Shown here: positions 1-7,826 of the stretch, piece after piece
Layout: every line of letters starts with the position of its first letter
How positions within the stretch are numbered: the stretch's first letter is position 1
Program-made: the position numbers and the translations under genes
Source: Candidatus Rokuibacteriota bacterium
GTDB taxonomy: Bacteria; Methylomirabilota; Methylomirabilia; Rokubacteriales; CSP1-6
Direction of reading: 5' to 3'
Assembly (NCBI GenBank): GCA_016184305.1
Contig: JACPCX010000190.1
Span: 1 to 35,190 of the forward strand
Length of the DNA: 35,190 nt
Notes under the pieces: generated by a model
Database searches by the model: none
Told to the model about the DNA's origin: nothing
The model's input: only the letters and a program-made list of their open reading frames with translations

Positions 1-1
1 C

Positions 2-649
2 GCCAACCCGGATGAGATCATCAAGACCGTGCTCGAGGGGCAGGCGATCCGCACGGCCACGCCGCTCACGAGCAAGCACTTCGGCTTCGACAAGGCGCTC
101 GCCCCCGTCAAGCACGACCCCGACCGGGTGAAGAAGCTCCTCGCCGAGGCCGGGTTTCCCAACGGGATCGACCTCACGCTGAACTCGCCCGACGGGCGCT
201 ACCTCAAGGACAAGGAAGTCGCCGAGGCCGTGGGGGGCCAGCTGACCAGGGCCGGCATCCGCACCCGCGTGCGCACCTTCGAGTGGACGACCTACCTGAA
301 CCAGATGGTCTACATCCACAAGGCGAACCCGATGTACCTCATCGGCTGGGGGAACACGACCTGGGATGCCGACGGCACGCTCACCCCGCTGTTCCGCTCG
401 GGCAACCCGCTGGCGAACAACCACAACCCGGACTTCGACGGGATGATGGACGAGGCGCAGACCACCGTGGACCCGAAGCGGCGCCAGGAGATCTACGCCA
501 GGGGGCAGCGGCTGATGCTGGACGACGGCGCCGTGCTGCCGCTGTACCAGCAGATGGACCTCTACGGGGTGAACAAGCGGGTGACCTTCCAGGCGCTGTC
601 CTCGGAGCAGATCATCGGCGCCTGGCTGTCGCTCAAGGACGCCAAGTAG
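2..649 (+). CDS. ABC transporter substrate-binding protein, family 5 (DppA/OppA-like), 5'-truncated by the window
   Basis: Frame is open from position 2. C-terminal SBP_bac_5 motifs: HDPDRVKKLLAEAGFPNG, GRYLKDKEVAEAV..QL...GI, DPKRRQEIY, LPLYQ. Confidence 0.9.
   Translation, partial: ANPDEIIKTVLEGQAIRTATPLTSKHFGFDKALAPVKHDPDRVKKLLAEAGFPNGIDLTLNSPDGRYLKDKEVAEAVGGQLTRAGIRTRVRTFEWTTYLNQMVYIHKANPMYLIGWGNTTWDADGTLTPLFRSGNPLANNHNPDFDGMMDEAQTTVDPKRRQEIYARGQRLMLDDGAVLPLYQQMDLYGVNKRVTFQALSSEQIIGAWLSLKDAK
558..649 (+). repeat. Direct repeat, copy 1 (last 30 codons of the SBP gene)
   Basis: Aligns without gaps to 12370-12461. By hand: 54/56 identical in the first part, 77/92 overall. Confidence 0.95.
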
Positions 650-689
650 CGGCCGGCGCCGCGCCGGGGCCGGGAGCCCCCCGTCGACC

Positions 690-756
690 ACGAACACCAG
701 GGCCAGTACCTGTGGGCCTCGCCGTCTTTCCGGCGCGTCGTGTGTCGCAGGGACAT
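690..756 (-). mobile_element. Remnant of an IS1634-family transposase N-terminus
   Basis: Minus-strand ATG at 756 gives MSLRHTTRRKDGEAHRYW, matching the recalled IS1634 Tnp start M[YF]LRxxxRxKDGKxHxYW. Similarity collapses after ~20 codons. Confidence 0.7.
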
Positions 757-764
757 TTTGAGGC

Positions 765-795
765 TTGACAGCATCGCCGTGTACACTGTATACAG
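765..795 (+). promoter_or_regulatory. sigma70-type -35 plus GntR-type palindromic operator
   Basis: TTGACA at 765-770. Palindromes GTGTACAC (779-786) and CTGTATACAG (786-795) lie over the expected -10 position, just before the ATG at 800. Confidence 0.6.
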
Positions 796-799
796 CCGC

Positions 800-1579
800 A
801 TGCGGCAAGAGCATCCAGCACGCCACGCGCCGGTGAAGCGCCGCGCGCCACCACGATCGCTCCGCCCGCAGCGCCTCCGGGGGCCACGCCTCCTCCGGGA
901 CCTCGTCTACGACCAGGTGAAGGCGTGGATCCTGACCGGGGAGTTCGTGTCCGGGGAGTTCCTCGGCGAGGAAGCGCTCGCTGAGCGGCTCGGCGTGAGC
1001 CGGACGCCGGTGCGGGAGGCGCTCGGGAGCCTCCAGCGTGACGGCCTCGTGGAGATCGTTCCGCATCGCGGCGCGTTCATTCGCTGGCCCTCCCCGCGAG
1101 ACGTCGAGGAGCGCTTCGACATCCGCATTGCGATCGAGACGCTGGCCCTCCGGCGCGCGTTCCCCAAGCTCGACGAGGACGTGCTCCGGCGCCTGCTCGA
1201 TCGCGTCCGCGAGCAGCAGGAGCGGATCGAGAGCGCGTCGTACCAGGAGATCGAGCAGCTCTCGATCGAGGTCCACATGGTCGTGCTGGAGGCGGCCGGC
1301 AACCGGCGGGTCATCGACCTCACGCACCAGCTCCGCGAGCAGGTCTACATCGCGAGCACGCTCTACCGGAACCCCGGCGGCAGCGTGAGCGTCCCGCGCG
1401 TGCGGAAGGTCGCCGAGGATCACGAGGCGTTCCTGCTCGCGCTGCTCGACCGGGACCTCCCGCGGGCGGTCCGGGAGCTCGAGGCGCACCTCGTGCGGAT
1501 CAGGGACATGGTGATCGCCGCCGTGCAGGATGGGTTGCGCCGACCCTCCACCCTCGAGAGGCCGGAGGCCGTCCGCTGA
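800..1579 (+). CDS. GntR family transcriptional regulator (FadR subfamily, FCD domain)
   Basis: wHTH ..EEALAERLGVSRTPVREALGSLQRDGLVEIVPHRGAFI, and FCD features (H..V.EAAGN, DHEAFL.AL..RD, LEAHL). Start uncertain; ATG 800 chosen. Confidence 0.93.
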   Translation: MRQEHPARHAPVKRRAPPRSLRPQRLRGPRLLRDLVYDQVKAWILTGEFVSGEFLGEEALAERLGVSRTPVREALGSLQRDGLVEIVPHRGAFIRWPSPRDVEERFDIRIAIETLALRRAFPKLDEDVLRRLLDRVREQQERIESASYQEIEQLSIEVHMVVLEAAGNRRVIDLTHQLREQVYIASTLYRNPGGSVSVPRVRKVAEDHEAFLLALLDRDLPRAVRELEAHLVRIRDMVIAAVQDGLRRPSTLERPEAVR

Positions 1580-1604
1580 GCCCCGCGCGCCGGAGGAGAC
1601 GCCG

Positions 1605-2975
1605 ATGACGACGATGTCCGAAGCCCTGGCCACGTTCGCCCTCCGCCTCGAGTGGCGAGACGTTCCGGACGACGTCCTGGAGCTGGCCCGGGGGCACTTC
1701 CTGGACACCCTGGGCATCGCGCTCGCGTCGTCCCGGACGGACTTCGGCGCCGCCATCCACCGGGCCGGGTGCGCGCTCGGCGCCGGCCAGGAGAGCACCG
1801 CGCTCGGGTTCGGCACGCGGCTCCCCGCCGCCTCCGCCGCGCTCGTGAACGGCACCCTCGCCCACGGCCTCGACTTCGACGACACGCACGTCGAGGCCGT
1901 GTACCACGCGAGCGCGCCCGCGCTGGCGGCGGCGCTCGCGGCGGGCGAGGCCGCGGGGGCCGACGGGCGTTCCATGCTGCTCGCGGTCGTCGTGGGCCTG
2001 GAGCTGGGTTGCCGCCTGGCCGGCGCCGCGCCGGGCGCCTTCCACGACCGCGGATTCCATCCGACCGCGCTCTGCGGGACGTTCGCCTGCGCGGCGGTGG
2101 CAGCGCGTCTGGCGGGAGACCCGGAGGCGGCGCTCGTCAACGCGCTCGGGCTCTGCGGGAGCCAGGCGGCGGGGATCCTGGAGCTCAGGGAGTCGTGGCT
2201 CAAGCGCCTGCACCCGGGCTGGGCGGCGCACAGCGGGCTGGTCGCCGCCGCGCTCGGGCGCCACGGCTTCCGCGGGCCCGCGACCGTCTTCGAGGGGCCG
2301 CAGGGCTTCTTCGCCTCGCATCTCGGCAGCGTGCCGGACGGCGAGCGGTCGCCCGTGCGCGATCTCGGGACGACATGGGCGAGCCGCGGCATCGCGCTCA
2401 AGCCCTACCCGTGCTGCCACTTCATCCACGCGTTCGTGGACGCGGCCCTCGCGCTCCGGGAGACCGGGGTGCGCGTCGAGGCGATCGAGCGCATCGACTG
2501 CCCGCTGACGGACCGGCTCCAGCCGCTGGTCGCCGAGCCGCGCGTCCGCCGCATCACGCCGCCGACGCTCTACGACGCGCTCTTCAGCGTCCCGTACGTG
2601 GTCGCGCTGGCGCTCGTCAAGGGCCGCGTGGACGTCGCCGCGCTCTACGACGAGCCACTCGACGACCCGCGTGTCCTGGCGCTCGCCGCGAAGACCTTCT
2701 GCCCGCCGGACCCCGAGAGCGACTACCCGAAGCACTTCCCGGGCGAGGTGCGGATCACGCTCAGGGACGGTCGCCGGCTCGTCCGGCGCGAGCCGGTGAG
2801 CCGCGGCGCGCCGGAGCGACCACTCACGCCGGGCGAGATCGAGGCGAAGTTCTTCCTGAACGCCACGCGGGCGATTCCCGACGTCCAGGCCAAGCGGATC
2901 AGCGAGATGGTGTGGAACCTCGAGACGCTCCCGGCCGTCCGCGCGCTCGTCGCCGAGTGCGTCGCCCGGGACTGA
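1605..2975 (+). CDS. MmgE/PrpD family protein (copy 1)
   Basis: AALVNGTLAHGLDFDDTH, GFHPT, KRLHPGWAA, KPYPCCH. GGAGGAG RBS before ATG 1605. Confidence 0.93.
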   Translation: MTTMSEALATFALRLEWRDVPDDVLELARGHFLDTLGIALASSRTDFGAAIHRAGCALGAGQESTALGFGTRLPAASAALVNGTLAHGLDFDDTHVEAVYHASAPALAAALAAGEAAGADGRSMLLAVVVGLELGCRLAGAAPGAFHDRGFHPTALCGTFACAAVAARLAGDPEAALVNALGLCGSQAAGILELRESWLKRLHPGWAAHSGLVAAALGRHGFRGPATVFEGPQGFFASHLGSVPDGERSPVRDLGTTWASRGIALKPYPCCHFIHAFVDAALALRETGVRVEAIERIDCPLTDRLQPLVAEPRVRRITPPTLYDALFSVPYVVALALVKGRVDVAALYDEPLDDPRVLALAAKTFCPPDPESDYPKHFPGEVRITLRDGRRLVRREPVSRGAPERPLTPGEIEAKFFLNATRAIPDVQAKRISEMVWNLETLPAVRALVAECVARD

Positions 2976-2986
2976 GGACGACGGCG

Positions 2987-3472
2987 ATGGCGGTGAAACG
3001 GGTTCCGCGCGGCTGCTTCTACGAGGACTTCACCGAGGGGCGGGTGTTCGAGCACCACTGGGGCCGGACGCTCACCGTCGAGGACAGCCTGCTCTTCAAC
3101 AACCTGACCATGCACTACAACCCCATCTACTTCAACGCCGAGTACGCCCGCCGGCTCGGCTACGAGGGGATGGTGGTGAACCCGCTCCTGGTGTTCACCA
3201 CCGCGCTCGGCCTCACCGTCGAGGACCTCTCGGAGGCGGGCGGGCCGTTCCTGGGCGTGGACGACCTGCGATACCACCGGCCCGTCTACGCCGGGGACAC
3301 CGTCTCCGCGCGCTCGGAGGTGCTGAGCCGGCGCGAGTCGCGGTCGCGTCCGGGATGGGGGATCGTCGAGTGGCGCACCCGCGCCGTGAACCAGCGGGGC
3401 GAGCTGGTGCTCGAGTACCGCCGCCGCAACCTGTCGAGGAAACGCGAACCCACGAAGAGCGAGGGCCGTTGA
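2987..3472 (+). CDS. MaoC-family hot-dog dehydratase-like protein
   Basis: C-terminal part of track ORF 1652..3472: FYEDF..G..FEHHWGRT, LRYHRPVYAGDT, GIVEWRT...NQRGELV. GAGG RBS before ATG 2987. Confidence 0.9.
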   Translation: MAVKRVPRGCFYEDFTEGRVFEHHWGRTLTVEDSLLFNNLTMHYNPIYFNAEYARRLGYEGMVVNPLLVFTTALGLTVEDLSEAGGPFLGVDDLRYHRPVYAGDTVSARSEVLSRRESRSRPGWGIVEWRTRAVNQRGELVLEYRRRNLSRKREPTKSEGR

Positions 3473-3473
3473 C

Positions 3474-4634
3474 ATGGGATTTCTCAAACCCGAGCACGAG
3501 GACCTGAAGCGCCTGACCCGCCACTTCACCAACAAGGAGGTCGTCCCGATCGCGGATGCCCTCGACCGCGAGGAGGCCGAGATCCCCACCCCGCTCCTCG
3601 AGAAGATGGCCGAGATGGGTTTCTTCGGCCTGCTCGTCCCGAAGGACTACGGCGGGCTCGGCCTCGACACCCTGAGCCTCTGCGTCGTCACCGAGGAGCT
3701 CGCGCGCGGCTGGCTCTCCGTGGGGAGCGTGATCGCGCGGAACGTGCTCTGCGGCCACATCCTGTACAAGGCAGGCACGGAGGACCAGCGGCGGCGCTTC
3801 CTCCCTGGCATGGCCACGGGGATGCGCCAGACGGCGTCGGCGGGGACCGAGCCCGAGGCGGGTTCGGACGCCTCGAATATCAAGACCACGGCGCGCCGGC
3901 GCGACGGCCACTACGTCGTGAACGGCTCGAAGATGTTCTGCACGTTCGCCAACCAGGCCCACGTGCTGTTCACCTACGTCCGCACCTCGGCGGAGAAGAA
4001 GGCGGGCGGGATCAGCCTCTTCCTCATCGAGAAGGAGCCGGGCGAGCAATTCGCGCCGCCGCACCTCACGGGCACCCGCATCCGCACGGTGGGCTACCAC
4101 GGGATGAACACGTACGCCCTCTTCTTCGACGGCCTCGAGGTGCCGGAGGGCAACCTGGTCGGTGGCGTCGAGGGCCGCGGATTCAAGCAGCTCATGCACG
4201 GCTACGAGGTGGCGCGCATCCAGTTCGCGTTCCGGTGCATCGGCCTCGCCCAGGCCGCCTACGAGGCGGCCCTCGCCTACAGCCAGCAGCGCGTCCAGTT
4301 CGGGAAACCCATCGCGACGTTCCAGGCCGTGCGCTTCAAGCTCGCCGACATGGCCACCGAGATCGAGGCGGCGCGCCAGCTCGGGTACCTGGCCGCCGAG
4401 AAGTTCGACCGCGGCGAGCGCGCAGACGTCGAGGCGGGCATGGCGAAGCTCTTCGCCTCCGAGATGGCGCACCGCCAGTGCTGGAACGCGGTGCAGATCC
4501 ACGGGGGCTACGGCTACACGCGCGAGTACTCCGTGAACCGCTACTGGCGCGACTCGGGGCTCCTGCCGATCGGCGAGGGGACGAGCGAGATCCAGCGGGA
4601 GATCATCGCGCGCCGCATCCTGCAGGAGCGCTGA
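3474..4634 (+). CDS. Acyl-CoA dehydrogenase, methylsuccinyl-CoA dehydrogenase-like
   Basis: TEPEAGSD, NGSKMFCT, RVQFGKPI, QIHGGYGY, IGEGTSEIQR (catalytic Glu). The GVEGRGFKQLM....ARIQ segment recalls Mcd. Confidence 0.92.
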   Translation: MGFLKPEHEDLKRLTRHFTNKEVVPIADALDREEAEIPTPLLEKMAEMGFFGLLVPKDYGGLGLDTLSLCVVTEELARGWLSVGSVIARNVLCGHILYKAGTEDQRRRFLPGMATGMRQTASAGTEPEAGSDASNIKTTARRRDGHYVVNGSKMFCTFANQAHVLFTYVRTSAEKKAGGISLFLIEKEPGEQFAPPHLTGTRIRTVGYHGMNTYALFFDGLEVPEGNLVGGVEGRGFKQLMHGYEVARIQFAFRCIGLAQAAYEAALAYSQQRVQFGKPIATFQAVRFKLADMATEIEAARQLGYLAAEKFDRGERADVEAGMAKLFASEMAHRQCWNAVQIHGGYGYTREYSVNRYWRDSGLLPIGEGTSEIQREIIARRILQER

Positions 4635-4635
4635 G

Positions 4636-5136
4636 ATGGGCATCACCGGGACCGGGAACTACTTCGAGGACTTCCAGGTGGGCGACGTGTTCGAGCACGC
4701 GCGCGGGCGCACGGTGACGAACATGGACAACTACCTGGTCACCCACATGACCATGAACACCGCCCAGGCGCACTTCAATCTCCCGTACGCCCAGCAGATG
4801 ATGGGCGGGGCCTTTGTCGAGCGCCTGGTGGTGGGGCCGTGCACGATCGCGATCGTGGTCGGCCTCACCAGCGAGGACATGAGCGAGAACGCGTTCATGG
4901 ACCTCGGCATGACCGGGATCGGCCTGCCGAACCCGGTCTTCGCGGGTGACACGCTCTACGCGCGGAGCGACGTGCTCGAGGTGCGCGCGAGCGAGGAGCG
5001 TCCTGATGCCGGGATCGTCCGCTACCGGTTCACGGGATGGAAGGACGGCGGGACGCCCGTCGTCGAGGGCGAGCGGACGATCCTGGTGAAGAAGCGCGCG
5101 TCCTGGGCGACGGCCGACGGGAACGGAGGCGCGTGA
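4636..5136 (+). CDS. MaoC-family dehydratase (RipB/Ich-like)
   Basis: GNYFEDFQVGDVFEHARGRTV, D......TMNTAQAHFN, PVFAGDTLYA. Confidence 0.9.
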   Translation: MGITGTGNYFEDFQVGDVFEHARGRTVTNMDNYLVTHMTMNTAQAHFNLPYAQQMMGGAFVERLVVGPCTIAIVVGLTSEDMSENAFMDLGMTGIGLPNPVFAGDTLYARSDVLEVRASEERPDAGIVRYRFTGWKDGGTPVVEGERTILVKKRASWATADGNGGA

Positions 5137-6362
5137 TGGCGGCCGGGCTCGACGGCATCACCGTCGTCGACCTCACCCAGGGCGTGGCCGGCCCCTTTGC
5201 GACGCGACTGCTCAGCCAGATGGGGGCTCGCATCATCAAGGTCGAGCGCCCCGGGACGGGTGACCTGATCCGGCACTGGGACACGATCGTGGGCGGCATG
5301 TGCTCGGGCCACGCGTGGGTGAACCCCGGCAAGGAGAGCGTCGCCCTCGACCTCAAGAGCGAGCGCGGTCGCGACCTGCTCCTGGCGCTCGTCAGCCGCG
5401 CCGATGTGGTGATCGAGAACTTCGTGCCGGGGACGCTCGAGCGCTGGGGCCTCGGCTGGGAGCGCTTCCGTGAGGCGAGCCCGCGCCTGATCGTCTGCCG
5501 CGTCTCGGGCTTCGGCCAGGACGGGCCGTACCACGACCGCGCCGCCCTCGACCTCATCGTCCAGGGTGAGACCGGTCTCATTCTCACCAACGGTTTGCCG
5601 GAGGCGCCGGCGAAGATCTCGCTGTCCGTCTGCGACATCTCCGGCGCGATGTACGCCGCGCTGGCCATCCTCCAGGCGCTCTTCCACCGCGAGCGCACCG
5701 GGCGCGGCCAGCAGATCGAGGTGGCGCTCTTCGACGCGGTCCTGACCTGGACCGGCTACTTTCCGTACATGTACTGGTACCGGGGCCAGCTTCCCGCGCG
5801 CGTGGGGCTCCATCACCACACCATGACCCCCTACGGGCCCTACGTCGCGAAGGACGGTCGCGCGGTCATCCTCGCCGCCGGGTCCGGTGCGCGCGAGCTC
5901 TGGGAACGCTTCTGCGAGGCCATCACGCATCCGGAGCTGGTCGACCATCCCGACTTCTCGACGAACACCCTCCGGATGCAGCACAAGCAGGCGCTGGACA
6001 CCATCGTCGCCGGCGCGATCGCCGGGCAGGACCGCGCGTACTGGCTCGAGCGCTTCCACCAGTACGGGGTCCCCGCCGGAGCCATGAACGACCTCGGCGA
6101 GGCCCTCGAGCACCCGCGCATCCGGTTCCGGGAGCTCGTCAAGGAGGTGCCGAGCACCGCCGGCAACGTGAAGGTCTTCGACTTCCCCCCGCAGTTCTCC
6201 GAGCTCCAGTCGGTCAACACGCTGGGGCCGCCGGCGCTCGGCGAGCACACCGCGCGCATCTTGAAGGAGCTCGGGCTCCCGGAGGCGGAGATCGCGGCGC
6301 TGGCGGCGGCAGGCGTGGTGCAGGTGATGGCGGCGCCGGGAGGGGACGCGCCGGATGAGTGA
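5136..6362 (+). CDS. Family III (CaiB/BaiF) CoA-transferase
   Basis: LDGITVVDLTQGVAGP, GARIIKVERPG.GD, N.GKESVALDLK, ADVVIENFVPG, PPALGEHT. ATG overlaps the upstream TGA (TGATG). Confidence 0.95.
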   Translation: MAAGLDGITVVDLTQGVAGPFATRLLSQMGARIIKVERPGTGDLIRHWDTIVGGMCSGHAWVNPGKESVALDLKSERGRDLLLALVSRADVVIENFVPGTLERWGLGWERFREASPRLIVCRVSGFGQDGPYHDRAALDLIVQGETGLILTNGLPEAPAKISLSVCDISGAMYAALAILQALFHRERTGRGQQIEVALFDAVLTWTGYFPYMYWYRGQLPARVGLHHHTMTPYGPYVAKDGRAVILAAGSGARELWERFCEAITHPELVDHPDFSTNTLRMQHKQALDTIVAGAIAGQDRAYWLERFHQYGVPAGAMNDLGEALEHPRIRFRELVKEVPSTAGNVKVFDFPPQFSELQSVNTLGPPALGEHTARILKELGLPEAEIAALAAAGVVQVMAAPGGDAPDE

Positions 6363-7731
6363 CACGCTCGACCGGAGCCTCGCCCTCGCCGAGTTCGTCG
6401 CCGGGCTCACATACGAGCAGGTCCCCGCCGGCGCGGTCGATCGCCTGAAGCAGTGCCTGCTCGACTTCGTCGGCCTCGCGGCCTTCGCCGCCGCCCGCGC
6501 CGAGTCGAGCGAGCCGTTCCGTCGCGCCGTCCTGACTCTCGCCCCGCGTCCCGGCCCCGGGACCGTCGTCGGCGAAGCACGCGGCTATCCCTGGGAGTAC
6601 GCGGCGCTCCTCAACGGGGCCTTCGCCCACACGCTCGACTTCGACGACACGAACCTGTTCGGCGCGCTCCACCCGGGGGCGCCCGTGATCCCGGCCGCGC
6701 TCGCCGCCGCCGAGCAGACCGCGGCCTCGGGCCGCGCGCTCCTCGAGTCGCTCGCCGCCGGCTACGAGGTCGCGTGCCGCGTGGGCGGCGCGCTCGGGCA
6801 GACCGCGTACGACCGTGGCTTCCACATCACGCCCGTGGCGGGCATCTTCGGCGCCGTCGCCGCCGGGGCGAAGCTCTTCGGTCTCGGCGCCGCGGAGATC
6901 GCGAGCGCGTTCGGGATCGCGCTGAGCCAGGCCGCGGGCTCCATGCAGTACCTCGAGAACGGCGCCTGGACCAAGCGTCTCCACCCGGGCTTCGCCGCCC
7001 GCGACGCGCTGGTCTCGCTGGCGCTGGCGCGCGCGGGCGTCGTCGGCGCGGCGCGGGCGATCGACGGGCGCTACGGCCTCCTCGCGGGGTACAGCAACGC
7101 GCCGCGCCCGGACCGCCTCCTCGAGGGGCTCGGCGAGCGGTGGGTGCTCGCGGAGACCGCGATCAAGCCGTACCCGTCCTGCCGCCTGACCCACGGCGCG
7201 ATCGACGCCGTGCTCTCGCTCCGCGAGACGGCCGGCGCCGACGCGCGCGCGCGCGCGTCGTTCGACGTCCGGCTCTCGCCCAAGGCTGTCCAGATCGTGG
7301 GCGAGGCGCTCCCGCACAAGGTGCGCCCGAGGAACGTGGTCGAGGGGCAGTTCAGCGTCTACTTCCAGGCCGCCGTCGCCTGGCTCGACGGGCGCGTCGA
7401 CTGGACGAGCTATGACCAGGTGGGAGACGAGCGCGTCGCGGCCCTCGCCGCGCGGATGCGTGTCACCGCCGACGAGGCCGTCCCGCTCGCGGGGGCGGAC
7501 GTCGCGGTGACGATCGACGGCCGCGAGATGCACGCCCGCGTCGAGCAGCCGCTCGGCGAGCCCGAGCGGCCGATGCCGTGGACCCTGATCGAGGAGAAGT
7601 TCTCGGGCCTCGCGACGGGCGTGCTCGGCCGCGCCCGCGCGCGGGCCGTGATCGGGAGCGTGCGCGGCCTCGAGGCGGAGGCGGACGTCGCGCGGTGGGC
7701 GCGGCTCCTCAGGCGGCGGGGATCGCGGTGA
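6355..7731 (+). CDS. MmgE/PrpD family protein (copy 2)
   Basis: AALLNGAFAHTLDFDDT, HPGAPVIPAALA, GFHIT, KRLHPG, KPYPSCRLTH. Confidence 0.93.
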   Translation: MSDTLDRSLALAEFVAGLTYEQVPAGAVDRLKQCLLDFVGLAAFAAARAESSEPFRRAVLTLAPRPGPGTVVGEARGYPWEYAALLNGAFAHTLDFDDTNLFGALHPGAPVIPAALAAAEQTAASGRALLESLAAGYEVACRVGGALGQTAYDRGFHITPVAGIFGAVAAGAKLFGLGAAEIASAFGIALSQAAGSMQYLENGAWTKRLHPGFAARDALVSLALARAGVVGAARAIDGRYGLLAGYSNAPRPDRLLEGLGERWVLAETAIKPYPSCRLTHGAIDAVLSLRETAGADARARASFDVRLSPKAVQIVGEALPHKVRPRNVVEGQFSVYFQAAVAWLDGRVDWTSYDQVGDERVAALAARMRVTADEAVPLAGADVAVTIDGREMHARVEQPLGEPERPMPWTLIEEKFSGLATGVLGRARARAVIGSVRGLEAEADVARWARLLRRRGSR

Positions 7732-7826
7732 CCCGGCACGACCGGCTGCGGCGGAGCCAGCTCGGCACGCCGGCGAAGACGTTCCGGATGATCGAGAACT
7801 GGAACCCCGTGGAGGTGACACGATGA
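7728..7826 (+). pseudogene. N-terminal stub of a CitE/malyl-CoA lyase-like (HpcH/HpaI aldolase/citrate lyase family) gene
   Basis: GTG overlaps the PrpD stop (GTGA). Reads MTRHDRLRRSQLGTPAKTFRMIE, resembling the family's first strand RLRRSxLxxPxxxxxMIEKA. Ends after 32 codons. Confidence 0.65.
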
